64,000 nucleotides of DNA from a virus: positions 1-64,000 of IMG/VR virus record IMGVR_UViG_3300017971_000278. One strand, 5' to 3'. This document shows positions 30,701 through 39,753 of this stretch, one piece after another. A program made the position numbers and the translations under genes. How positions within the stretch are numbered: the stretch's first letter is position 1; every line of letters begins with the position of its first letter. The notes beneath the pieces were generated by a model. It ran no database searches and was not told the origin of the DNA. It saw nothing but the letters and a program-made list of their open reading frames with translations.

Positions 30701-32140
30701 GGACTGATAACCAATACCATATCCACTACGTGAAGGTTTTGCATAGAAAGTTGTTAATTGTGGTGCTGAATATGCCTGTCCAGACAATGGCGACTTGTCA
30801 CCATACATAAATTGCTTATACATTGGACCTTGTATTTTTCTATCTAACCTGTTGTAGTATTGTCCAAATAATCCTTTAAACCCTGTTGCTCTAGATTTTG
30901 CTTCTCCTGTAATTCCCCATTCTGGACGAACAAATTGTGTTGGTCTATCACTTGGAGATGCAAATGCACCAAGTGGACCAAAAAGATCTTCAGCTAAGTT
31001 TCTTGTTGATAATGTGCCTTTGCTCGCTGCGCCAGGAGATGTAAAAGGATATAGACCTTTCCCAAAAAGATTAATGATATCGTCCTCTTCCATTGCTCCA
31101 TACATAACAGCTTCTTGTGTTGTAAGTCTAGCTCTGGCCATTCCGCCAGAAGTCATATAAGGACTTGCCCATATTGCAGCAGCTCTATTGCCAGAGTCTC
31201 GCATATTCATATGATCAATAAGCCTTTGATTGGCATCTAAAACATTTTGTTTTAAATGTGCTTTTGTTTTCGACTGCTGTATGGCATCTATTAAACTTTC
31301 TTCGTACATTTCTGGGAAAGACATTTTTCTGCCAGTAACATCATACCCTTGTCTTGTCACATATCTTGTATTAAGGTTCTTACTACTGTATGTAACTCCA
31401 GTTTGTGCCAATGGCATAGCAGCTAATCTATCTTCACCAACTTGTCCAATCATCATAGGGGTACTTACAGGCTTCCCAGCAACAACATCATCTATATTTT
31501 GATACGACCATTCTATTGCTCCCTCAAGACCAAACGCATCGGCAGCTCTCTTTTGAATTCTAAGAGCATGTTCTCTAGCCTTTGCTGGTAATAAATTTAT
31601 ATCAGAAAAACCTTTACGAGCTGCGCCTCCAAAGCCACCTGGGGATATAGCACTCATAACACTTTGTTCAGTAGATAATTTTTGTATATTTGCTTGAAAA
31701 GAACTTATGTCTCCAGAGTATTTTTGAACAGCAGCAAGTCCAGCTTTATATGCGCCAAGAGCAGAAGTTTGTCTATTAATAGATGACATTGCACCCAGCG
31801 CTTGTTTATGTGTTAAAGCACCACCAGACATTAAAGATTGATATGTAGAAGCGTGGATGTTTGCTATTGATTCAACAGCACCAGCTCTTCTTTCAAAAGC
31901 AGATACACTAGCCTGTACCGCTTCGTCAAAAATATCAGCACCTGGCATACTATTTTTAAGAGAATTAAAACCAGTAAGACTTTGTGACTGTGCAACTGTT
32001 TGGCCGATAATATCTGTATTTGCAGTGTTCCATGCTTCTTGAAAAAGTTTTTTGTTTTTTAAAAAAGCATATCCTGCGCCGCCAGTAAAGGCAGTTCCAG
32101 CAGCTAGATTCCAAGGCATATTTTTATCATCATCAAACAT
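27737..32140 (-). CDS. Putative virion RNA polymerase, single-chain two-DPBB type, in the tape-measure locus
   Basis: 1467 aa. beta'-like motifs RHPT (R1014) and GDFDKDQ (D1069-D1073; nt 28922-28936). beta-like motifs AEEGVIS, K598-YFSEES-K605 and GQPIEAVFSG occur in collinear order upstream. Confidence 0.65.
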   Translation of the reverse strand: MFDDDKNMPWNLAAGTAFTGGAGYAFLKNKKLFQEAWNTANTDIIGQTVAQSQSLTGFNSLKNSMPGADIFDEAVQASVSAFERRAGAVESIANIHASTYQSLMSGGALTHKQALGAMSSINRQTSALGAYKAGLAAVQKYSGDISSFQANIQKLSTEQSVMSAISPGGFGGAARKGFSDINLLPAKAREHALRIQKRAADAFGLEGAIEWSYQNIDDVVAGKPVSTPMMIGQVGEDRLAAMPLAQTGVTYSSKNLNTRYVTRQGYDVTGRKMSFPEMYEESLIDAIQQSKTKAHLKQNVLDANQRLIDHMNMRDSGNRAAAIWASPYMTSGGMARARLTTQEAVMYGAMEEDDIINLFGKGLYPFTSPGAASKGTLSTRNLAEDLFGPLGAFASPSDRPTQFVRPEWGITGEAKSRATGFKGLFGQYYNRLDRKIQGPMYKQFMYGDKSPLSGQAYSAPQLTTFYAKPSRSGYGIGYQSRALNQMLAAEEGVISKSVTGMMEYERIMQKKVALDKGFMVNQNLASSLEGKKIGETVPLNIGAKEGFVGIERGTGKDILTGLDSNAGVTAIGAELTGKNEANVYLRERRKLSSTEMWKYFSEESKYMASAADETKMRGVLKAAGMGDRVNIAGQPIEAVFSGKLVGRNKMALLTQQIEATSMFVAQKIQSGSMQPTPEVIAFLENPTAAMNVKQLVRSAGSSAHTQIQRNLVGLAKNWQFNRDEMQLTFGLMSRDTLSDFAKSGTLSWREAGHIARSPGVVGLTKGMLGDIATEGGSGKWGTFEPSGFRALSMKGEIGQRYAAELTTRIAGKGELAAADKMAATVLGQESLFDKLARQGRPLESFMSGDIAQSEGRYVKLGRKLGALGGSDVMYIPGTLEAPELMQAKMAKGELIDTPLVKELGGFRRAMRDAEMGKITTEQLEEAAAGLRTSVVQQAESQASARGKIIGSKYLTGQRKTFAKDPGVFRISSATGEDMFGDLISRAQADDQIQFLQQQREAFRKGESITGGIWRHPTSGPESFQFVNFKKDANMVDGMLAAPTKFGKISFQDSRVLDVDVSEMVGMKGDFDKDQFTLSLISDRRTSDQARRAMNKDIREGYTQYLFNHYAMKDMVEGNVSKGAGLDPMVEGYRKLSTAKTTTGEVNIALQKLKLGVQYSKAEQYRPMAELFWHLEEAAIGGKHGVLEGDFYKSITQAVDEGGEKGTARLEGVIKTIMGDKPRTITGTMTDASGRVTQHSLKYEPRKWAETAISSYDSVSKEIDTAMKANAASRGRHGGGIALEEAVRMFHSRRTGSVDVTKTMMQANAGNINKFTMRASRAVMRGQVKARSLLSAAGRAKKPLLAGLGVAAGIMLMAPSTAGVMRNPEGANSGRNVDFENPDYVGGHPMNPPSPGMNMSPKIYDMGGGRRTSHANIRMRTDDLNSSSDDLMRSARQLSNGGSVNIRTKDDRSILDANSLARKIHERL

Positions 32141-32143
32141 TTG

Positions 32144-35100
32144 TTATGCTCCCACTCCCTTAATAGCTTTATCAATTAATTCTTTTCGACCGTCGTAAAT
32201 CTGCACATTATATTTATCTTTACCTAAACTCCCACCTAGTTGAGATTGAGTAATTTCTGCTTTGTATTGGCTAAACATTTTACTAAGCGCTTTAGAGTTC
32301 TGAGCAACATTACTATATGTATTGTACTCAACATCATTTTCCATTTGTGATATTAACTGATTATTTATATATGGTTTATTAGCAAGGGATCTTTTACGTT
32401 TTTCCCACAAGTCAAAATCATGAAAATCTAATCCAGCGTTCTCTACATATTTCAGTTTAACATCTTCTAGGTCAACAGATGGGTGCCATCCTAACCAATC
32501 GGCTCCGGGTAAAGAATGTGTGTCAAAATATTCAGCTGCTTTCTGTTCTCTGAGCCACTCATCAAAATCTTGATTACCACGAGTTTCTTGCTCCCATTGT
32601 TTTCTCATATCTGGTGAATAATCGTATCCTTCACCTGCACGCATTTTTGCAGTAGTCGCAATAATATCATTATCTTGTTCTGTTGCAATTTTAGCATCTC
32701 GTTTTGCGTAGGCAGCTTGTTCTTTCTGTCTCATCCATTGAGAATGATACAGTCTCTTCTCGTTATCTGGAATTAATTCTAAGATTTGTTTTCTGTCTTT
32801 CTCGGTCTTAGCATTAAGGAATTCATTAAAGAAATCCTTTTCTCTCCTTGGTAAAGCCCTCATAACTTTTGCAGGACTTTGAAATACATCCACACCGAAC
32901 ACAGTAGATTCTTTACGCTTTTTAAATTCCTTTGCAGTATCCCTATCTCCAACTTCTCTAGCTTTTGCTTCTATTCTAGATGACTTAACCCATTTGAGCA
33001 TATCGAAATATTCTTGTATATCTCTACGTTCTTGTACTTGTTCTGGGATATCAGTAAAACCAAGTTTATATTTTGCCATATCTATGGCTGGAATAATAAA
33101 ATTCTCTAATGGTTTATCCCAGAAAGAAGCACCTGTGCCAACTGCTTCTGTTGCAATATATTCTTCAATAGGAGATCTATGTCTAATTAATTTTGATGCA
33201 GGAGATACTGGTGTTAAATATTCTAACGGAGTCTCTATGCTATGTGTAATTTTTTCCCATATGCCGCCAGCCAAACGTTCTCTAAAAGAAAAATCAAGTT
33301 GTTGGAACTCGTCTTGTGCTTTTTCTGCTCGTGCAACACCAGCTTCTGCAGCCATAGAGCTATACGTTTTACCATCTAAAACAGCTGCTGCTTTCATTAC
33401 AGGACCAGCTTTGCTTTTAGAATATCTTCTAGATTCTAATGATGGAGTTTGTATTGTAATATTTTGCCCAAGTAGATTTCTTTTAGCAAATTCCATGGCA
33501 GCAGCTTCGTCTTTTGTTTCACCCATACCAGGAATTTCAATGATCATATCACCAAATTCTTTTGTACGAAACTGAGTCGGAGAAATGATATCAGATACAG
33601 TGACATTATATTGCTGCAACTGCTCTTCTTGAAACTTATAATCTACAAATGTTCTACGTTGTTTTTTCTCTCTTACTTGTCTTTCTGTTTCAAGTACTAG
33701 TTGTTTTTCAGCAGAACTCATGTTTTTAAGATTACGTTTTGCTTCAGACATTGCAGATCTATATTCATTACTATACATTGCTATGTCACCAAGTATTTTT
33801 ACTCTGTGTGCCAAAGGATACTCTTCTGGAGACAACCCAGCAACATCCCTATGTAGTGCTGCATAACCAGCACCAGGAAGACGTATTTCTGCTTCTGGTA
33901 TTTTATCAAATGGATTACCATGCTTAAGATCAATAAAATAATCATCTGGCATCCACGATGGCATAGTATTTCTCAATGGATTATACGTATCAAGATAACT
34001 TCTTGTGCGCGGAATAAATCTTCTTATTGCTTCTGTTGTTCCTGCGCCGCCACCAATGTTTAAATGCTTCCAAAGCCAATACTCAGCACCAGTTTCTTTC
34101 CCCATAACACCTAATGTTTTTTGATTAGGTAAAAACTCTTCTCTTCCAATTACTTTTTTAGTTATTGCACCTTCCATAAATCCAACAAGACCGACAGCTT
34201 CTCTACGCCTGTAGTTTAGTTCATTTATTAAAGTTGCAGGACTATCCGGATCTACTGGGTCACCAGGACCTATTCCACCAAGAGCCTTAGATATTTTTTC
34301 TTCTCCACGTGTGTCTAGGCGATGTACGTATCCGCCACCGGGACGTTTCCATTCTTCTGGTCTAATTTCTTTACGAGGCTTAAAAAGTTTACCAAATGTT
34401 GAAGCAATAAGAGGACCTATAAACGGTATTTCATCACCATAAGTACCAGTCATTGGTGCTGGTCGTTCATATTTGTATTTCTCTTCGTAATGATATTTCC
34501 ATTCGTCAGAACCAAACATTGCTTTAAGTGGATGTAGCATAGGATCATAATCCCACTTCTCTTGCTCGTCTCCATATAAACCTTTTTGATATGCTCTAGT
34601 TCTTAAACGTGCTGCAAAGTGCGGTCTAAAATATTCAATGCGTCCACCTTCGTATCCAGTCGATCGGCCAAATTCCCACCATCGCCCTTTACGTACAGCA
34701 ACTTCTTTCTCTCCAGAATATATAGCCTCTAACTCTTCTGGAGAGTCAGTTGTGCCTAATATTCCAGCAAGCAGCGCACTAGGTCTACCAGATAATGTAC
34801 TAAGGCCAAGTGCAGTTATTCCATATGCTGCTATACCTGCTGTAAACCCAAGAGCCATTGGATTTTTTATTTTAGCAAGATGCTTAAGGCCAGGTGTTTT
34901 TAACATCTTCTGCCCAATTCTAGAAGACCACATTTTATCTAGAACTTTACCAGGACCTTTTTCTCTCATATGCTCAAATACCTGAGCAAGAGGTTTCCCG
35001 GTTTTTATGCTTTCTGCAATAGATACACCAGCGAATGAAGAGTAACTTGCTAATCCACTGGCAAGCGCACCCACTCCACCAAAACCTAATGCAGTTTTCA

Positions 35101-36316
35101 TTGATATTAAGCCAGGTGTTATTTGTTCTTGTTCGCGCAAGGTTTCAGTAAACCCAAGCCCCCTAGATAATTTAGCCCTAGCAACACTTATATCAGTACC
35201 AACAGATACAACACCAGACAATATACCTTCATCAAATCTAGGCGCTACTCCAGCAACTAATCCTGCGGCAGCACCAATCGCAAGACCAGTAGTAGAGAAT
35301 TTCATACCAGCTTGTCGGCCAAGTATTGCACCTAACCCAGCGCCTCCTGCTGTAGATAAAGCAGCGGCCCAAGGTGAACCTTCAGATCTTAAATAATCTG
35401 TATATTCTATACCCTTCCATACTGCTCCAGCCAACATAGCCTTACCTGTATACCTGCCAAGAAATTGTAATGCAGTACCAGGTTTAACAGCCAAACTTCT
35501 CATTCCAGGTATTTTCTCTACATACTTACCAATACCAGGAATCTCTAGTGGTGATCTTAATAAGATATTCAGACGACTTGCAGTAGATGCAGCTTTTGCT
35601 CTAAGCAACTTACCTGTTGTTTCTGCACGGGCTACATTTTTAGCCATGCCTTCAGACAGGGCAATGTCTTTACCAAGCACACGAACCTTCTCGCGCAAAC
35701 GAGAACCAATAATCAATCTCTGTCGTCTAAGGTGTGGCTCTATTCTGTCAATCCATTCACTGTAAGGAAGTGGAGATTTGGATTGTTTCCATCTATTGCG
35801 AAGGATAGCATCATTTAAAGACTCGTATTGTGATAATTGCACTCCTTGTATACGAGCATAGAAGTCTGCAATAGCTGCGCCCTTTTGGGTTCCAGCTTCA
35901 ATATTAAGACCCATTCCAAGAAGCTTGCCGTTGGTATCACGCACTTCTCCAAAAATAGAGCCGGTTCTTGTTAATGAATACCCTTTGGCTTGGCCGAAAG
36001 AAGCCTTAAGGTGTTTACCGTAAACACCTGATCTTATATCAGCAGGATATGCACTAACTGTACTCCAACTTTCAAGTGGTGATAAAAATTCAGATGTACG
36101 AAATGTACGTAGAACTCCCCCAGGAGACCCTGCTTCTACTGCGCGGATAGTAGATAAATACTTATCCCATACTCTTCCGGTGCTTGTTGAAATAAATCCA
36201 GACGCAGCAACACCTGCAGAAGATGCTGCTAGAATAGCTAAGTTCTGTTGACGCTCACTAATACTCTCTTCGGGTACTTTTGGGCGCGTATCAAATCCAA
36301 TAAGTGGATTAACCAA
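32144..36316 (-). CDS. Tape-measure-like / ejected protein with Gly-Ala membrane segments and a degenerate SNase-fold domain
   Basis: 1390 aa, directly after the tail chaperones. Hydrophobic GxxxG segments at about aa 290-520; RKGRWWEFG...EGGRIEYFRP motif; SNase-like segment at about 33325-33610. Confidence 0.6.
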   Translation of the reverse strand: MVNPLIGFDTRPKVPEESISERQQNLAILAASSAGVAASGFISTSTGRVWDKYLSTIRAVEAGSPGGVLRTFRTSEFLSPLESWSTVSAYPADIRSGVYGKHLKASFGQAKGYSLTRTGSIFGEVRDTNGKLLGMGLNIEAGTQKGAAIADFYARIQGVQLSQYESLNDAILRNRWKQSKSPLPYSEWIDRIEPHLRRQRLIIGSRLREKVRVLGKDIALSEGMAKNVARAETTGKLLRAKAASTASRLNILLRSPLEIPGIGKYVEKIPGMRSLAVKPGTALQFLGRYTGKAMLAGAVWKGIEYTDYLRSEGSPWAAALSTAGGAGLGAILGRQAGMKFSTTGLAIGAAAGLVAGVAPRFDEGILSGVVSVGTDISVARAKLSRGLGFTETLREQEQITPGLISMKTALGFGGVGALASGLASYSSFAGVSIAESIKTGKPLAQVFEHMREKGPGKVLDKMWSSRIGQKMLKTPGLKHLAKIKNPMALGFTAGIAAYGITALGLSTLSGRPSALLAGILGTTDSPEELEAIYSGEKEVAVRKGRWWEFGRSTGYEGGRIEYFRPHFAARLRTRAYQKGLYGDEQEKWDYDPMLHPLKAMFGSDEWKYHYEEKYKYERPAPMTGTYGDEIPFIGPLIASTFGKLFKPRKEIRPEEWKRPGGGYVHRLDTRGEEKISKALGGIGPGDPVDPDSPATLINELNYRRREAVGLVGFMEGAITKKVIGREEFLPNQKTLGVMGKETGAEYWLWKHLNIGGGAGTTEAIRRFIPRTRSYLDTYNPLRNTMPSWMPDDYFIDLKHGNPFDKIPEAEIRLPGAGYAALHRDVAGLSPEEYPLAHRVKILGDIAMYSNEYRSAMSEAKRNLKNMSSAEKQLVLETERQVREKKQRRTFVDYKFQEEQLQQYNVTVSDIISPTQFRTKEFGDMIIEIPGMGETKDEAAAMEFAKRNLLGQNITIQTPSLESRRYSKSKAGPVMKAAAVLDGKTYSSMAAEAGVARAEKAQDEFQQLDFSFRERLAGGIWEKITHSIETPLEYLTPVSPASKLIRHRSPIEEYIATEAVGTGASFWDKPLENFIIPAIDMAKYKLGFTDIPEQVQERRDIQEYFDMLKWVKSSRIEAKAREVGDRDTAKEFKKRKESTVFGVDVFQSPAKVMRALPRREKDFFNEFLNAKTEKDRKQILELIPDNEKRLYHSQWMRQKEQAAYAKRDAKIATEQDNDIIATTAKMRAGEGYDYSPDMRKQWEQETRGNQDFDEWLREQKAAEYFDTHSLPGADWLGWHPSVDLEDVKLKYVENAGLDFHDFDLWEKRKRSLANKPYINNQLISQMENDVEYNTYSNVAQNSKALSKMFSQYKAEITQSQLGGSLGKDKYNVQIYDGRKELIDKAIKGVGA

Positions 36317-36321
36317 AACAC

Positions 36322-37002
36322 TTAGCCTCCTCTTTTCATCTTTTGTCTAAAAGCAAACTCTTCCATCTTTGCTTTATATGCAGGATCTTCAGTAAGTCTA
36401 GGTCCTTGTTCATCATGATCAAACATACGATAATCTTTAGCGTCTTGTTTAATAACATCTTCGACTCTAAATGGCTTAACAACTTCTGGTTCTTTGAATT
36501 TTAAGCCTTCTTCTATTATACCGTTATCTAACATGACTTTCTCTGCCTGTATATATATCTGTATTAATTGTTGGAAATTTAAATCTTCTAAATCAGACAT
36601 CTTATACCCGCCGAATACGCTACATATAGAACGCTTAACAATAGATATTATACTTTCTGTTTGAGACCTATAAACTTCCATTAAAGAATTTGTATAATCT
36701 TTAAAGTCTTGGTCTGCACCAGACATATATAATATTGTTTTTGCTATTGTTTCTGGGATACCAGCTTTAATTTCAGTGTCGTGCACAGCCATATATTCAT
36801 CAACAACAAAGTTTTGAAAAATATGTTCATATACTAATGACTGGAGGCTATAGTTATCTTCGGCGAAACCAAGTATTTGAGCGTACTGTGAAGCTTGTCT
36901 AAAAGACGGTAGGCGAAAGATTACTTCTGTACCGTCTAAATCAACAGCGAACAAATCATTGTTGATTGTTTTTACCGCCTCAAGTGCGTCAATAAGGCTC
37001 AT
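36322..37002 (-). CDS. Tail assembly chaperone (second, paralogous)
   Basis: 226 aa, between tube genes and tape-measure locus; shares motifs with 37005..37835. Confidence 0.6.
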   Translation of the reverse strand: MSLIDALEAVKTINNDLFAVDLDGTEVIFRLPSFRQASQYAQILGFAEDNYSLQSLVYEHIFQNFVVDEYMAVHDTEIKAGIPETIAKTILYMSGADQDFKDYTNSLMEVYRSQTESIISIVKRSICSVFGGYKMSDLEDLNFQQLIQIYIQAEKVMLDNGIIEEGLKFKEPEVVKPFRVEDVIKQDAKDYRMFDHDEQGPRLTEDPAYKAKMEEFAFRQKMKRGG

Positions 37003-37004
37003 TA

Positions 37005-37835
37005 TTACAGCTTAATCGTAATGCTTGCCACTGCAGATGCATCAAGAAACAAAGACTGAATCTTTACTTGTTCTGCGATAAGAGGAGCAGCTCCAGCAGG
37101 TAATCCACCTTGAGTAGTAGCTGAAAATGCTGGCCACAATGTACATTTTGTAGCAAGAAAATCTTCTCGCTTGTCTTCTGACATATTATTCCACTGCTCA
37201 TTAGCCAACAATTGTTTCCACTCTTGTCTCTTAAGGTACCTATACAGAAATACGCGTTCATCAATCCTTAAAACGAATACGTTTCCATGCATTGCTTTCC
37301 ATTGCTTCAAATGTTGCAAAGTAGGCGCATTCGCCCCAAACAATTCTTTAAGAGTATCAGCAACAGACTGCATCATCTCTTCAGGAGTAGGAGGTTTTTC
37401 TTCCTCTTTACTCTCTTCTTTGGGTTGTTCTTCTTGAACTGGTGCAGGTGGCTGTACCTGGGGGGCTGGGATAGCCGGTACTGCGTCTTGTGTAATTGGT
37501 TCAAGCGGAGGTGTACCCAACTCAGGTTGGTCCATTTGAACGGCATCTAGAGCGTTCTTGATCATGTTCTCTTTTTCTGGCATTGGTGGTAATTCTCCTT
37601 TTTGTTGTTGATCATTTTTAAGTGCTTCTGCAAAACTTCCATCAATAATATTATTTGCTTCTAATGTTTGCATTTCTTCATTAAGATCAAACTTAACAGT
37701 CTTTGGTCCATAGACAGCTTCATTAAGTTCTTTAGTCTCTGGGTTGTAACCCATCTGCGCCATCTTACCGGCTTGAGACAACTCTTCGCCGTATCTAGCC
37801 GCTACTTGCGGCTTCAAAGGTCTTTTAACTCCCAT
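37005..37835 (-). CDS. Tail assembly chaperone with Pro/Glu-rich disordered N-terminal half
   Basis: 276 aa, AAGGAG RBS; WKAMHGNVF...FLYRYLKRQEW...CTLWP pattern; canonical chaperone position. Confidence 0.65.
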   Translation of the reverse strand: MGVKRPLKPQVAARYGEELSQAGKMAQMGYNPETKELNEAVYGPKTVKFDLNEEMQTLEANNIIDGSFAEALKNDQQQKGELPPMPEKENMIKNALDAVQMDQPELGTPPLEPITQDAVPAIPAPQVQPPAPVQEEQPKEESKEEEKPPTPEEMMQSVADTLKELFGANAPTLQHLKQWKAMHGNVFVLRIDERVFLYRYLKRQEWKQLLANEQWNNMSEDKREDFLATKCTLWPAFSATTQGGLPAGAAPLIAEQVKIQSLFLDASAVASITIKL

Positions 37836-37851
37836 TTGTTTTCTCCTTGTT

Positions 37852-38769
37852 TTATACTAGGTTTCTTCCAATAAAACTATACGTTTCAAAAATTGGCTGA
37901 CCTGAAACCTCTATTGTTTGAGTTTGGCCAGTAAAGGATAGTTCTAAAATTTTCTTTACGGTATGATTTGCTGGTTGGCGGGACATATCACCGTAAACTA
38001 TCCAAACATCCATTGGTGGATATTGGTCTGCACGTCTATGACTAAAAACTTGTTCATCTGATATTGCATCTTGCCAAGGTAGATTTTTAGAAAATAGTTT
38101 ATCGCGCACTGTTGGGTTGGCTTTATCAGAACCATACCATATTGCATCTTCAAAAGCTTCTGCCCAGTCCTCAAATGCATTATCTGGTAACGCACCTAAT
38201 TCTTTCCAGAATCTATTGAAACTTTTATTTTGTCTGTTGTTATCAGCGCTTTGTTGCCAATCAAACATCTGCTCTACATTTGCCTCCAGTACCCTTTTAT
38301 TACTAGCTGCTTTTGCAGCTGCTGTCAAGGTATTTCCTGCTTTTGTAGTGTCATAGTAATTGACTTTATTGCCATTAGAATCTAAAGAGTATCTTGGAGA
38401 GGTCCATATTTCATTATGTGCCTTATTCCAATCTTCTTCTGTTTGTATACGGCTGCTACTAATGTTAGCTACTTTCTCTTGAAACCTTTGCATTGGCCAT
38501 AACAAATAACCTGCTTCTTTAAAAGCTATTGTGAGTGTGCCTTGAACTATGACATGTCCGTCAGCAACAAAACTATAATATTGACTTGAGTAACCATATA
38601 CTGGAGTTTTAGTTTGACCAACACTAAAATTTATAGCTGCGGCGCTATCAATTAAAACATCGCCCATCATGATACCGATCTGAGAACCAGAGTACCAGTC
38701 GTACTCATAGGCGTTATTACCTATATTATTAGGTGTAATAAAATTACCGTTTTGATCTCTTAGTGGCAT
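37852..38769 (-). CDS. Tail tube-like protein, paralogue 3 (tube initiator)
   Basis: YSGSQI, KTPVYGY...G..IVQGTL and ADQYPPMD motifs shared with the major tube gene. Confidence 0.7.
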   Translation of the reverse strand: MPLRDQNGNFITPNNIGNNAYEYDWYSGSQIGIMMGDVLIDSAAAINFSVGQTKTPVYGYSSQYYSFVADGHVIVQGTLTIAFKEAGYLLWPMQRFQEKVANISSSRIQTEEDWNKAHNEIWTSPRYSLDSNGNKVNYYDTTKAGNTLTAAAKAASNKRVLEANVEQMFDWQQSADNNRQNKSFNRFWKELGALPDNAFEDWAEAFEDAIWYGSDKANPTVRDKLFSKNLPWQDAISDEQVFSHRRADQYPPMDVWIVYGDMSRQPANHTVKKILELSFTGQTQTIEVSGQPIFETYSFIGRNLV

Positions 38770-39692
38770 TATATAAACTGATTCCTTCTATATATGTGAT
38801 TGTTAAGAAAGTTTTTATGTCTTGATAACTTATCTGCAGTCATTGTCCACTCTTCTTTTATACCTTGACCGTCAATTGCACGCTTGTCAACAATTCGCAT
38901 AGGATCTAAATCCCTTGCTACATACTGTACTACATTTTCAGAAAAAATGTCTTCAATTGAAAAAGTGGAACCTTCTGATACAAACTCAACGCCCCATATT
39001 CCCATATGTGATAAAGCGCCATATTCATTTGCAAAAACCAAACTTATATCAAGAGGTGGCAACTGATCAGGTAAATTAGTTGTGTAAGTATATTTATCAT
39101 GATCACTAGTGCCTGTATTATAAAATTTAAGATTAAGAGCTAATATTTCATGTAGTACATGTTGGTGGAAAACGGTAAAAATCATACTACCAGCAATTGT
39201 TCTTGGACCGCGAGTATAGGCTCTAGGATAAACAGACCCCAGTGTTCTAACTGGAGCTTTATCTCTATGTATTTGCCAGGAAATAGTTTGTAGTTCTGCG
39301 AGCACTTTAGATGTAGGTATTTTAGAAAGCTGTTCTAACTCTTCCTCCATGTTTGTTAAAGACGTGCTGTATTGTTCTAAGTTTTCTTGTAGTATTGCAA
39401 CAGTATTAGTTTTGTTTGCATATTCTTGGCTGGCCATAATACGATCAAGTTCTGCAGCAGATTCATTAAAAAGCCTTTGGTCTTCCGCTATATTACTTTT
39501 TATCATATCTAAAAAAGCTTTATCTGGATGCGGATAATGAACCACTACTTTTATATCCGCACCGGAGAAACTACCAAACCCAAGGTAGTCAGATACATTA
39601 GCATAAGACGCAACCTCATCAGGATCGCCTGCAATTTTTAATGCTTGAGTGGGTGGTATGATAGTACCAGCTTTGGTTCCAATATTCGCCAT
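38769..39692 (-). CDS. Tail tube-like protein, paralogue 2, with coiled-coil insertion
   Basis: SFSGADI, RDKAPVRTLG...RGPRTIAGSMIF and DQLPPLDISLVFANEYG motifs. Confidence 0.75.
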   Translation of the reverse strand: MANIGTKAGTIIPPTQALKIAGDPDEVASYANVSDYLGFGSFSGADIKVVVHYPHPDKAFLDMIKSNIAEDQRLFNESAAELDRIMASQEYANKTNTVAILQENLEQYSTSLTNMEEELEQLSKIPTSKVLAELQTISWQIHRDKAPVRTLGSVYPRAYTRGPRTIAGSMIFTVFHQHVLHEILALNLKFYNTGTSDHDKYTYTTNLPDQLPPLDISLVFANEYGALSHMGIWGVEFVSEGSTFSIEDIFSENVVQYVARDLDPMRIVDKRAIDGQGIKEEWTMTADKLSRHKNFLNNHIYRRNQFI

Positions 39693-39706
39693 ATCTATTC
39701 CTAACT

Positions 39707-39738
39707 GATAAAGAAAGGGCTAGATCTCTCTAGCCCTT
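39707..39738 (-). terminator. Rho-independent terminator after the major tail tube gene
   Basis: Minus strand AAGGGCTAGA-GAGA-TCTAGCCCTT (10-bp stem, GNRA loop) followed by TCTTTATC. Confidence 0.75.
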
Positions 39739-39753
39739 ATATTAGGTGTGTGA

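Noticed and set aside
27737-32140. Plain tape measure protein call for the 1467-aa ORF
   Set aside because: Position fits, but it lacks regular helical tape repeats and has several collinear RNAP motifs. A dual tape/RNAP role is not excluded.
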